Source: Candidatus Entotheonellaceae bacterium
GTDB taxonomy: Bacteria; Tectomicrobia; Entotheonellia; Entotheonellales; Entotheonellaceae
Direction: 5' to 3'
DNA: 64,000 nucleotides
Assembly: GCA_965238075.1 (NCBI GenBank)
Contig: OZ250173.1
Location: 2,688,001-2,752,000, forward strand
The notes beneath the pieces are model-generated. The model worked only from the letters and a program-made list of their open reading frames with translations, did not search any database and was not told the origin of the DNA. Shown here in pieces: positions 49,061-58,485 of this stretch; position 1 is the stretch's first letter, and each line of letters begins with the position of its first letter. The position numbers and the translations under genes were made by a program.

Positions 49061-49942
49061 ATGGTGATAGCAACCGCACAACCCCATCTCGTCGAAGACC
49101 GGCCGCGTTCCGCTTTCCTCCTGCGCATGCTCAGGCGCAATCCCACCATGGTCGGCGGCGCCTGTTTCCTGCTCGTCATGCTGGTGGCGGCCGCAGGCGC
49201 GCCCTACTTCGGCACCATCGATCCTGAGGAACTGAACCCTATTGATCGGCTGCGCGGCCCATCGCTGACGTACTGGTTCGGCACCGACATGCTGGGCCGC
49301 GACCTGTACAGCCGCACGGTGTACGGCAGCCGCATTTCGCTTATGGTCGGATTTTGCGTGGCGGTGCTGAGCCTGACGATCGGGCTGGCCATCGGGCTGC
49401 TGAGCGGCTACCTGCGGCGCGTTGATGCCGTGGTTATGCGGATCATGGACGGCATTATGGCCATCCCGGCCATTCTGCTCGCCATTGCCCTGATGGCGTT
49501 GATGAACGCCAGCGCGCAAAACGTCATCATCGCGCTGACCATCCCGGAAATCCCGCGCGTCGTGCGCCTCGTTCGCGCCCTGGTGCTCAGCCTTCGGGAG
49601 CAGGCGTTCGTAGAGGCGTCGCGCGCCGTGGGGGCGGGCATCTGGCGGGTGCTGCTGCGGCATGTGACGCCCAACACCGTAGCGCCGCTCATCGTGCAGG
49701 GCACGTACATCTGCGCCTCGGCGGTCATCTTCGAGGCCTATCTCAGCTTTCTCGGCGCCGGCACGCCGCCGAACATTCCGAGCTGGGGTAACATCATGGC
49801 AGAAGGGCGGACGTACGTGCAGATCGCCTTCTGGATCATTCTCTTCCCCGGCCTGTTCCTGGCGCTCACGGTCCTGGCCGTCAACCTCCTCGGCGATGGC
49901 CTGCGCGATACGCTGGACCCCAAGCTGGCGCGGCGTATGTAG
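49061..49942 (+). CDS. Peptide/nickel ABC transporter permease (DppC/OppC-like)
   Basis: FGTDMLGRD, FVEASRAVG, LSFLG, PSWG, GDGLRDTLDPK. Confidence 0.94.
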   Translation: MVIATAQPHLVEDRPRSAFLLRMLRRNPTMVGGACFLLVMLVAAAGAPYFGTIDPEELNPIDRLRGPSLTYWFGTDMLGRDLYSRTVYGSRISLMVGFCVAVLSLTIGLAIGLLSGYLRRVDAVVMRIMDGIMAIPAILLAIALMALMNASAQNVIIALTIPEIPRVVRLVRALVLSLREQAFVEASRAVGAGIWRVLLRHVTPNTVAPLIVQGTYICASAVIFEAYLSFLGAGTPPNIPSWGNIMAEGRTYVQIAFWIILFPGLFLALTVLAVNLLGDGLRDTLDPKLARRM

Positions 49943-50075
49943 GCGTGGCTTGGCTGAGTAGACTGTTGCCATTGGGCGACGCTGGTGCGGAGCATGCCCC
50001 GCCTCATTGGCACGATATTCCTGATCTGATCGAGGTCATCAATAATCCCCATGCTTCGTTAAGACCGGTATAAGG

Positions 50076-50129
50076 ATGACGAAATTGTCATCTTCTTGTC
50101 ATTGTCCTGTCATTTATTCTGCTTATATT
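50076..50129 (+). promoter_or_regulatory. OmpR/PhoB-family binding array with adjacent -10 element
   Basis: Palindrome ATGAC-N6-GTCAT (50076-50091); TGTCAT at 50086, 50097 and 50108 (11-bp period); TATATT 10 nt after the last repeat. Confidence 0.75.
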
Positions 50130-50201
50130 GCACCTCATCCTCCCAATTGGCATTTGTCGTCGAAGCGCCAAATACCTTTGACACACCTCAGCTATGGAGA
50201 G

Positions 50202-50884
50202 ATGGGATGGAATAGCCAGCGTGCGCCCCTGTTATCAGGCCGGTCGACGTGCTCCTGGAGCCGCTCTGTCCTGGATTTGACTCTGCTGTTCATCGCGCTG
50301 CTGGCACTCGGCAGTTGTGGGGGTGGCGGTGATGACAGCAGCAGTGGTGCCACTGGTCCGGTCGTCGCGAGTTGCCAAGGCGCCATCTTCATTCAGGCGC
50401 CGGTGGAAGCGATAGATGTGAACTCGCAGACCCTGACCTTGCTCGGCTTGATCGTTCAAGTTGACGACTTTACCCGATTCCACGACGCCAATCTGGCAGA
50501 CCTTGCGGTTGGTAATTACATTGACATGCGTGGCGACGTCGACTTGGATGGCACCATTGTCGCAAGCTGTCTGGAGCGCGAGGCGGCGCGTGATGAAGTG
50601 AAGCTGCGGGGACCTGTCGATGCGAATGGCATCGCCGAGTCCCGGCTGTTCATCTTGGGGGTTGAGGTTCAAATCAGCGCCAATACGGTGTTTGCAGACG
50701 GCAACCTGACGCAGGCGGGTTTCTTTGCTCGGTAAAGCCGGGCGATCTGGTTGCAGTAAGAGGTCAGCTTGGCAGCATCCTCGCTGAGGCAATCCAATTC
50801 GACGACAGCGGTGGCTCGTCACCAGACCTGGACGACGATGATGACGACGACGGGTTGGCGGACGACGATGACGATGACGACTAG
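50202..50884 (+). pseudogene. DUF5666-like repeat lipoprotein with Asp-rich tail, -1 frameshift near 50732
   Basis: Lipobox LGSC+GGGG; two OB-like repeats; the -1 frame continues VKPGDLVAVRGQLGSILAEAIQFDD...DDDDDDDGLADDDDDDD to TAG 50884. Confidence 0.7.
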
Positions 50885-50979
50885 GATGAACGACTCGGGG
50901 TGTGGGTATTTACACAATGCCTCCCCACCATCTGACGTACATCGATCCCTGTTTTCAGGTTTTCTTGGAGGTGCTCAAG

Positions 50980-51558
50980 ATGCCTTCTGCTGGCAAACAA
51001 CGGCATGCACCCTTTATGGGGCGCGGCTTCTGGACTATCTTGCACCTTTGCGTGGCGGCTTTTCTCGCCCCGGTCGTGTTGCTGATGGCCATTTCCGGCG
51101 GCCTTTACCTGCTAGGGGTCAAGGGAAAAGCCAAGGCGATACCGGTGGAATTGGCGCCGGACGCTTCGCTCGATCTTGCCGCGCCCGACTTGAAGGCAGC
51201 CGTTCGACAATTGCTCGCAGACGCGGGCATCGAGCATCGCTTCGAATACCTCAAACAAGAGGACAGCACGCTGACCACCCGTCCGACCTCGCGCGTGCAT
51301 TACGTCGTACACGTCGGCCAGGACGGCGTGCGGGTGACCCGCAACGAGCCGAACGTGCAGAAACGTCTGATCGAGCTGCACAAGGGCCACGGACCGACGG
51401 CTTTCAAGACCCTGCAGAAAGTCATGGCACTGGGGCTTCTCGTCATCGTCATCACGGGTTTCTGGCTTGGTTTGTCCGATATGTGGCTTCGCGTACGTAC
51501 GGTCGCGATCAGTGCCGCAGGCCTCCTGCTTTTCATCGTTCTCGCGTTTGTCTTATGA
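50980..51558 (+). CDS. PepSY-associated-TM-like membrane protein
   Basis: TILHLCVAAF...ISGGLYL, LIELHKGH, ITGFWL; GGAGG RBS. Confidence 0.65.
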   Translation: MPSAGKQRHAPFMGRGFWTILHLCVAAFLAPVVLLMAISGGLYLLGVKGKAKAIPVELAPDASLDLAAPDLKAAVRQLLADAGIEHRFEYLKQEDSTLTTRPTSRVHYVVHVGQDGVRVTRNEPNVQKRLIELHKGHGPTAFKTLQKVMALGLLVIVITGFWLGLSDMWLRVRTVAISAAGLLLFIVLAFVL

Positions 51559-51651
51559 GTAGAGGCGCTTCAGCATTCCTCTATACGTTGGCTCCAAATG
51601 CTGGTATCCGATGCCGTCCGCGAGAGCTGCCACGTCGAATCGGAGGCGCCC

Positions 51652-52336
51652 ATGCGCATCTTGGTCATCGAAGACGACGAGCGAGCCGTCACCTATCTTC
51701 ACAAGGGGCTGTCCGAAGCGGGCTATGTGGTCGAAAGCACCCTGCATGGTGAAGACGGGCTGGAGCTGGCCACCACCCGGCCTTACGACCTGATCATCCT
51801 GGACGTCATGCTGCCCCGGCGAAACGGCTGGTCCGTGATGACCGAGTTGAGACGGCAGGTGGACACGCCGGTCATCTTTCTCTCGGCGCGCGACGCGGTT
51901 CCCCCGCATCAAGGGCCTTGAGCTCGGCGCCGATGATTATCTCCTCAAGCCCTTTGCGTTCTCGGAACTCCTGGCCCGCATTCGTAGCGTGCTGCGGCGC
52001 GGCCCCACCCAGCAGACGGCGTCTCTGTGCGTGGCGGATCTGGAATTGGATCTGGTCCGCCACCACGCCCGGCGCGGCGGCAGGCAACTCGTTCTCACCG
52101 CCAAAGAATTCAGCCTGCTCGCCCTCATGGCGCGGCATCAGGGAGTCGTCCTGACGCGGACCCAGATTGCGGAGCTCGTATGGGATATCCATTTTCACAG
52201 CGACTCCAACGTGGTCGACGTGGCCATCGGTCGTCTGCGGCGCAAGGTCGATGATGGTTTCGCCACGGAACTGATTCATACGGTTCGCGGCGTTGGCTAC
52301 GTTCTTGAAGAGCGCGCACATGGCTCCATCTCGTGA
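51652..52336 (+). pseudogene. Heavy-metal response regulator (CusR/CopR-like, OmpR family), frameshifted
   Basis: MRILVIEDD...LDVMLP...FLSARDAVP then, after a shift at the C5 run 51901-51905, RIKGLELGADDYLLKPFAFSELLAR...SNVVDVAI...LIHTVRGVGY. Confidence 0.88.
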
Positions 52337-53771
52337 GGCGCTCAAGGCGGCCGGCACGTCTTCCTGGTCGATTACGACCCGGATCACGGTGTGCGCCGTT
52401 GCCGCGGTATGCGTCATGCTCATCGCCGTCATCGCCATCTCGCATTGGCGGTTCGCTCACGGACTGAGGCGAGACCGGCTCCTGTTTCTCGCTGATGAGT
52501 TGCATGAGTTGCGGGCTGCGGTGAAAGAGCTGGGAGCCGATGCGCAAGAGGAAATTCATGCGGAAAGCATCGCGCACAGTTTTTTGCCCTACTACGTGCG
52601 GTTATTGGACGAAGACGCACACCTCCTCGCCACCTCCCCGAATACGCCGGACGTGCTGCACGACATCCCCTTGCCGGAACCCAGCGCGGCGACCGAAGTC
52701 TTTGGTTCGACAGATCTGCGCCGGATACCTGACGGCCGCTCCTTTTTGACCCTTGCCGCTTGGGCCGAAACGCCCACTGCCGGCCGGCATCGGGTGCTGC
52801 AGATCGCCTTGGACGTCACCTATGACGACGCGGTGCTGCGCTATTACCGTCAGGTTCTGGTGATTGTATCGTTGGTGGGGCTGTGCCTGTTTGCCGGCGC
52901 GGCGGCGTGGATCGTGCGCTACAGCCTGCGGCCGCTACATACGATCACCCGGATGGCCCAGCGCATGACCGCGCAACACCTGGACGAACGCCTTGCGCCA
53001 TCGCGGTGGCCGAAGGAACTTGCGGTGATGGCGCTGGCGTTTGACGGCATGCTGGATCGCCTGAAAGAGGCCGTTGCGCGCCTGCAGCAGTTTTCCGCCG
53101 ACCTGGCTCACGAACTCCGCACGCCGATTCAGAATCTCATGCTGGAAACCGAGGTGACGCTTGCCCGGGTCCGAACGGTGCCCGAATACCAGGAGGGACT
53201 GGCTCACAATTTGGAGGAATTGCGGCGCCTCGCCGTCATGGTGGACGATCTTCTCTTTCTGGCGCGGGCCGAGAGTCCGCAACAGGAACTGGACTGGCAG
53301 ACGCTCGATGCCCTCGACGCGCTTCAGAGCGCCTGGGATTTTTTCGATGCCGCGGCCGAGGAGCAGGGACTTGCGGTTGCCTATCAGGGAAGTGGAGTCG
53401 TCCAGGCCGAGCCGCAACTGCTGCATCGGGCGCTGACGAACCTGCTGTCCAATGCCCTGCGCTACACGCCCGCCGGCGGCACCATCACGCTGGCGGCGGA
53501 AACCGATGCTTCGGGCGCCTGCGCGCTTCGCGTCAGCGATACCGGCCGCGGCATCGCCCCGGAGTACCTACCCAAACTGTTTGATCGCTTCTTCCAGGTC
53601 GAACCCGATCATTCCCGCAGTCTTGAAGGAATGGGCCTCGGCCTGTCGATTGTCAGGTCGATCATGGACCTGCACGGCGGCAGGGTGGAGGTTCACAGCA
53701 CGGCGGCTCAAGGCAGCACGTTCACGCTGTATTTTCCCGCCCAACCCGCGGTAAAGGAGGCATCAGCGTGA
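52320..53771 (+). CDS. Heavy-metal sensor histidine kinase (CusS/CopS-like)
   Basis: 2 TM, HAMP, FSADLAHELRTP, NLLSNALRY, DTGRG, GMGLGLSIV. Confidence 0.92.
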   Translation: MAPSREALKAAGTSSWSITTRITVCAVAAVCVMLIAVIAISHWRFAHGLRRDRLLFLADELHELRAAVKELGADAQEEIHAESIAHSFLPYYVRLLDEDAHLLATSPNTPDVLHDIPLPEPSAATEVFGSTDLRRIPDGRSFLTLAAWAETPTAGRHRVLQIALDVTYDDAVLRYYRQVLVIVSLVGLCLFAGAAAWIVRYSLRPLHTITRMAQRMTAQHLDERLAPSRWPKELAVMALAFDGMLDRLKEAVARLQQFSADLAHELRTPIQNLMLETEVTLARVRTVPEYQEGLAHNLEELRRLAVMVDDLLFLARAESPQQELDWQTLDALDALQSAWDFFDAAAEEQGLAVAYQGSGVVQAEPQLLHRALTNLLSNALRYTPAGGTITLAAETDASGACALRVSDTGRGIAPEYLPKLFDRFFQVEPDHSRSLEGMGLGLSIVRSIMDLHGGRVEVHSTAAQGSTFTLYFPAQPAVKEASA

Positions 53772-53808
53772 TACCCCCAAACCCTGGGTTTTTTTCGAGG
53801 TTCAGGGC

Positions 53809-55134
53809 ATGAGCGCCGGCAAAGCCGTCAGGGGGGTGCGCGAGCGCCTTGCAGAGCCTGTCGACGTCGCTTCGTTGGTGATGGCCCGGATATTATTTGG
53901 GCTGCTCATGCTGTGGATGGTCGTGCGGTATTTCGGCAAGGGCTGGATCGAACCGGAGTTCCATTTTGGCTACTTCGGGTTTGACTGGGTGGCGCCGTGG
54001 GCTGGCGACGGCATGTATTGGCATTTCCTGGGACTGGGCCTGCTGGCCTTGCTGATCACCTTCGGGTTGTTTTACCGCGTTGCCGCCGCCCTGTTTTTCG
54101 TCGGCTTCAGCTACGTCTTCCTGCTCGAACAGGCGCGCTACCTGAATCACGCTTACCTGGTGAGCCTGTTGATGGCGGTGGTGCCGGCGCATCGGGCCGG
54201 GTCGCTGGACGCGAGGTACGGTTTCTGCCGGCGCTCGGATACCGTCCCGGCGTGGTGTCTGTGGCTCCTGCGCTTCCAGATCGGCGCCGTTTACTTTTTC
54301 GGCGGCGTTGCCAAGATCAATGCCGACTGGCTGGCCGGGGAACCCATGCGGGCCTGGCTGCAAAGACGCACGGATTATCCGTTGATCGGCTTCCTCTTTG
54401 GCGAGGAAGAGGTCGTGATGGCCATGACCTACGGCGGTCTGTTCTTCGACCTGCTCATCGTGCTGCTCCTGATGTGGCGACGCACGAGAGTTGCAGGGTT
54501 CGCCGGCGTGCTGTTTTTCAACTTCACCAACGCCGTCGTCTTTCACATCGGGATTTTTCCCTGGCTGGCGATTGCCCTGTCAACGGTGTTCTTTGCCCCT
54601 GGCTGGCCCAGGCGGTACATGGTCCTGAGGGAGGAGCAAGCCGCGGCGCCGGTCGGCGCTGCCCGCTGTTCCTGGGCGGTGCTCGCATTCCTTGTGGTCT
54701 ATGTCAGTTGGCAGTTGTTTTTGCCCCTGAGGCACTGGCTCTATCCGGGCAACGTGAGCTGGACGGAAGAGGGGCATCTCTATGCCTGGAACATGAAGCT
54801 GCGCAGCAAATCCGGGCGAGCGAAATTTTATGTCATGGACGAAACGGGGGACGAGCTCGAAGTGTCTCCCAGAGACTACTTGAAATCGTGGCAGAGGCGG
54901 AAAATGGCGACCCGGCCGGACATGATCCACCAGTTCACCCTTTATCTGGGTGAGCGGTTGCGGGCGGAAGGGAAACCGGTTGTCTCGATTCGTGTGGAGG
55001 CGAAGGTGTCGTTGAACGGCCGTCGGCGGCAGTATCTGGTGGATCCCGACGTCAACCTCTTGCAAGAGCCGCGCTCGATTTGGCCGGCGCCGTGGATCAA
55101 GCCGTTGGAAGTGCCGCTCCACGAACGTCGTTGA
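53809..55134 (+). CDS. HTTM-domain vitamin K-dependent gamma-carboxylase-like protein
   Basis: YLNHAYL, YFFGGVAKINADWLAGEPM, IGIFPW, WTEEGHLYAWNMKLRSK, SLNGR. Confidence 0.88.
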   Translation: MSAGKAVRGVRERLAEPVDVASLVMARILFGLLMLWMVVRYFGKGWIEPEFHFGYFGFDWVAPWAGDGMYWHFLGLGLLALLITFGLFYRVAAALFFVGFSYVFLLEQARYLNHAYLVSLLMAVVPAHRAGSLDARYGFCRRSDTVPAWCLWLLRFQIGAVYFFGGVAKINADWLAGEPMRAWLQRRTDYPLIGFLFGEEEVVMAMTYGGLFFDLLIVLLLMWRRTRVAGFAGVLFFNFTNAVVFHIGIFPWLAIALSTVFFAPGWPRRYMVLREEQAAAPVGAARCSWAVLAFLVVYVSWQLFLPLRHWLYPGNVSWTEEGHLYAWNMKLRSKSGRAKFYVMDETGDELEVSPRDYLKSWQRRKMATRPDMIHQFTLYLGERLRAEGKPVVSIRVEAKVSLNGRRRQYLVDPDVNLLQEPRSIWPAPWIKPLEVPLHERR

Positions 55135-55145
55135 ATCAGGGGCAG

Positions 55146-55173
55146 CAGGGAGAGGTGTTCGGCACTCTCCCTG
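55146..55173. terminator. Hairpin between convergent genes (possible terminator)
   Basis: CAGGGAGAG...CTCTCCCTG stem; no U-tract. Confidence 0.4.
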
Positions 55174-55208
55174 ACGGCCGTTCGAGCGGTGGGATAACCG
55201 GGTCAACC

Positions 55209-55703
55209 CTATGCTATCTGCTGCTTGATGAGGTTCATCAGCCCGTCGGCGCGGATGATGTCCATGATTTCCGGCGGATAGGGCTTGGCCTGGAAGGAGT
55301 TGCCGGAGCGGATGTTCTTGACGATGCCCTGTTCGATATCGAGGGAAATGGGGTCTCCGTGCCGGAAATCGGCCACCGCTTCCGGCAGTTCGAGCACGGG
55401 CAGGCCGATGTTGATGGCGTTGCGGAAAAAGATGCGGGCAAAGGACGACGCGATGACCGCGACGATGCCGGACGCCTTGAGCGCCATCGGGGCATGTTCG
55501 CGCGAGGAGCCGGAGCCGAAATTTTCCTCGCCCACCACCACGTCTCCGTATCGCACGGTCGGCAGAAAATCGCCGTCCAGATCCTCCATGCAATGCTTGG
55601 CCAGGTCCTCCGGTTCGTTGAACATCATGTAGCGGGCCGGGAGAATCAGGTCGGTATTAACGTCCCGCCCGTACCGGTACACCTTCGGCTGTGGTTGTGC
55701 CAT
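55209..55703 (-). CDS. leuD: 3-isopropylmalate dehydratase/homoaconitase small subunit
   Basis: DVNTDLILPARY, NFGSGSSREHA, SFARIFFRNAINIGL. Confidence 0.9.
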   Translation of the reverse strand: MAQPQPKVYRYGRDVNTDLILPARYMMFNEPEDLAKHCMEDLDGDFLPTVRYGDVVVGEENFGSGSSREHAPMALKASGIVAVIASSFARIFFRNAINIGLPVLELPEAVADFRHGDPISLDIEQGIVKNIRSGNSFQAKPYPPEIMDIIRADGLMNLIKQQIA

Positions 55704-55722
55704 GTTGGGTACTCCTTTAACG

Positions 55723-57033
55723 CTATTCCGTGAACTGGTTCAGCGCCGCCGTGGTGCCGGACGGAACCACCTCGCTGGGGTCCGTAATGAAGCCGGTAAT
55801 CGCCGAGGCGGCCGCCACCGCCGGTGACGCCAGGTAGGTCTCGCCGCGCACGTCGCCGGTGCGGCCTTTGAAGTTGCGGTTGGACGTCGACAGCATCCGT
55901 TCGCCCGCCCCGATGACCCCCATGTAGCCGCCCAGGCAGGGGCCGCAGGTGCCCTCGGCGACGGCAAAGCCGGCTTTGGCGAAGATGCTGATCAGCCCTT
56001 CGTCCAGGGCCTGCATGTAGATGTTGTGGCTGGCCGGGATGACGACGCCGCGCGTCCATTTGGCGAGCTGGTGGCCGTCGAGGATTTTGGCCGCGATGCG
56101 CAGGTCTTCGAGCTTGGCGTTGGTGCAGGAGCCGATGAATACTTGGTCGATGGCCACTTTCTCCTGCATTGCCTGGCTCACCGGCTTGCAGTTGCTGGGT
56201 AGGTGCGGGAAGGCGACCTGGGGTTCCAGATTCGAAATGTCGAACTCGTGCACCGCGGCATAGGTGGCGTCGGCGTCCGCTTCCACGCCCTGGAAGTCGC
56301 GTTTCGCCCGCCCGGCCTCGTACGCCAGCGTTTTGTCGTCGCACGGGAAGATGGAGTTCTTGGCGCCGCCCTCGATGGCCATGTTGGCGATGGTCAGGCG
56401 CCCTTCGACCGATAGATGCTGGGTTCCCTCGCCATGAAATTCCTGTGCTTGGTACAAGGCGCCGTCGTCGCCCAATTGGCTGATGAGGAAGAGCACCACG
56501 TCCTTGGCGGAGACCCACGGGCTCTTCGGCACGCCGTTGAAGACGATCTTGATGGTCTCGGGCACGCGCAGCCACAGCTCGCCCGTGGTCCAGGCGGCTG
56601 CCAGATCGGTGGAGCCGATGCCGGTGGCGAACGTGTTGACGCCGCCGTAGGTGCAACTGTGGGAGTCGGCGCCAAGCACCAGATCGCCGGGGACGACGTA
56701 GCCCTCGTCCGGCAGCAGGGCGTGCTCGATGCCGCCCTGGCCCGCCTCGAAGTAATGCTTGATGTTGTACTTGCGCGCGAAATCCCGGCACGTTTTGGCC
56801 ATGGCAGCGGAGGCGATGTCCTTGGCCGGTACGAAGTGGCTCATGACGATGAAGACTTTGTCCGGGTCGGCGAACTGGGTGATGTCGTTGGCGTCGAGGA
56901 TGCGGACCGTCAGGGAAGTCGTGATATCATTGCCCATGATCACGTCGGCCCTGCCGACGACCATGTCGCCGGGGGCGACGCGGGCCTTGCCGGAAGACCG
57001 CGCGAGGATGTGTTCACTGCGAGTCATGCCCAT
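55723..57033 (-). CDS. leuC: 3-isopropylmalate dehydratase/homoaconitase large subunit (type 2)
   Basis: GADSHSCTYG, FIGSCTNAK, CGPCLG, STSNRNFKGR. Confidence 0.9.
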   Translation of the reverse strand: MGMTRSEHILARSSGKARVAPGDMVVGRADVIMGNDITTSLTVRILDANDITQFADPDKVFIVMSHFVPAKDIASAAMAKTCRDFARKYNIKHYFEAGQGGIEHALLPDEGYVVPGDLVLGADSHSCTYGGVNTFATGIGSTDLAAAWTTGELWLRVPETIKIVFNGVPKSPWVSAKDVVLFLISQLGDDGALYQAQEFHGEGTQHLSVEGRLTIANMAIEGGAKNSIFPCDDKTLAYEAGRAKRDFQGVEADADATYAAVHEFDISNLEPQVAFPHLPSNCKPVSQAMQEKVAIDQVFIGSCTNAKLEDLRIAAKILDGHQLAKWTRGVVIPASHNIYMQALDEGLISIFAKAGFAVAEGTCGPCLGGYMGVIGAGERMLSTSNRNFKGRTGDVRGETYLASPAVAAASAITGFITDPSEVVPSGTTAALNQFTE

Positions 57034-57144
57034 GGTGTTGTCCCCCGCTTACCCCACGCAGGGGCAAGCCTTAGTTGGGTTGCGAGATGTTGTGTTGCGT
57101 GCCCGAATGGCGGCGCATGCGGTTGCCGTCGGAGGGAAGAATAA

Positions 57145-58371
57145 TTGCACGCGACTTTCGGCGAATTGTCAAGCGGAGCAGCGAGGAGCGTACGGTTGAG
57201 CGCCGTAGAATCAGCAGCGACGGTCTGCCTGGGTGAAGGCACGGCGGTCGTCCATAGTCACCTGCAGCACGTCGTGGCGGGGCGCGATTGCCAGCTGATT
57301 AACTCCGTCATCACCGGCTGCGAGGATAACCCCGTCGTGCTCGGCGACCGTGTGACGCTGATCAACTGTCACGTGCAGGCTTCCGGGCAGCGCGGTGCTT
57401 TCGAGTTTGGCGGGTGGGGTGTGGATCAGCGCTCGACCCGTCTGGAAGACGATATCTGGTTCAGCCACTCGCACCTGCTTAACACGCTGGTTGAAACCGG
57501 CAGCCGCGGCGTCCATGCGGCGTTGGACCACTGCCACGTCGGACCCCGTAACGACCTTCGCACCTTTACCAACATGACCCGCAGCCGCACGGCGGCGGAT
57601 TGCCAGTTGGGTTCGGAAGTCAGCAAAACCCTCATCCTCGGCCGCGGATTCGTGAGCGAGCACGCCAATACCTACCTCAGCCTGCTGGCACCCGCCGATT
57701 ACCCCATCTTCACTGAAGACGGACGCGAGGAGGTGCTTGCGGGCCTGCCGAACGCCACGAACATCGGCGCCGGCACCGTTTTCTCCAACTACGACGGTGA
57801 GCCGCTGCCCGCCCACTCAGTCGAGCAAAGCCCCGGCAGTGCCAAGGGCACCGCGGTCGTCTACACGTCCTTCGTCTGCATCAACTGCCGGGTCATCAAC
57901 CGTTACGGCCAGCCGCAGGGTCAACCCGATCCCTTTGATCTGCTGCGCCGCCGCGACCTGACGATTCTTGGCTTCGGCAGCTTTGTGGAGAACAAAGTCA
58001 CCGGCCGCATCCCCGCCTTTGCCTACGCCGGCGACCTGTCGCCCCGCTCCCACCAGCTCGGCTGGGTCCTGGCCAAAAAACCAGGCATTATCCTCAACTT
58101 CATCACCAAATTGCGCCGCCTGCTTGACGATCAGTCCTGGCGCTTGCGCGACCTCGTCGAAGGCACCTTACGCCTCGAATGCCAACTCCTCCAAGACGAA
58201 CTCGCCGGAACCCGTCCCGGCTTCTACACGCGCGAGCAACTGCAAAGCGGCTTGGCCACCCTGCAATCCCACCTCAAGGACCGCCGCTGGTCGATGACCG
58301 ATGCCGGCGACTGGCGATACCGCTGGTATTTCGACGCCCATCATCAACAGTGGGTCTGCGACGCTGGGTAA
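57145..58371 (+). CDS. Hypothetical protein with a GlmU-like left-handed beta-helix region
   Basis: Hexapeptide-like repeats, GSEVSKT, NIGAGTVFSNYDG; start uncertain. Confidence 0.6.
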   Translation: MHATFGELSSGAARSVRLSAVESAATVCLGEGTAVVHSHLQHVVAGRDCQLINSVITGCEDNPVVLGDRVTLINCHVQASGQRGAFEFGGWGVDQRSTRLEDDIWFSHSHLLNTLVETGSRGVHAALDHCHVGPRNDLRTFTNMTRSRTAADCQLGSEVSKTLILGRGFVSEHANTYLSLLAPADYPIFTEDGREEVLAGLPNATNIGAGTVFSNYDGEPLPAHSVEQSPGSAKGTAVVYTSFVCINCRVINRYGQPQGQPDPFDLLRRRDLTILGFGSFVENKVTGRIPAFAYAGDLSPRSHQLGWVLAKKPGIILNFITKLRRLLDDQSWRLRDLVEGTLRLECQLLQDELAGTRPGFYTREQLQSGLATLQSHLKDRRWSMTDAGDWRYRWYFDAHHQQWVCDAG

Positions 58372-58407
58372 GGGCGGCGACAGACTGTACCGCATCACCG
58401 GTATCCC

Positions 58408-58485
58408 TTATGCGTGGTATTCGTGAGACCGAGTCAGCACCTTGCCACAGGCACACATGACCAGCTTGACGACCGGCACGTTCAC
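58408..58485 (-). pseudogene. Degenerate 5' remnant of a VapC/PIN toxin
   Basis: GTGA overlap with the upstream stop; MNVPVVKLVMCA resembles a decayed MIVPDVNLLLYA PIN N-terminus; stops after 25 codons. Confidence 0.45.

Noticed and set aside
50830-50884. Poly-Asp tail as the direct substrate of the carboxylase-like enzyme
   Set aside because: Characterised vitamin K-dependent carboxylases act on Glu; the tail is Asp, so direct modification is not supported
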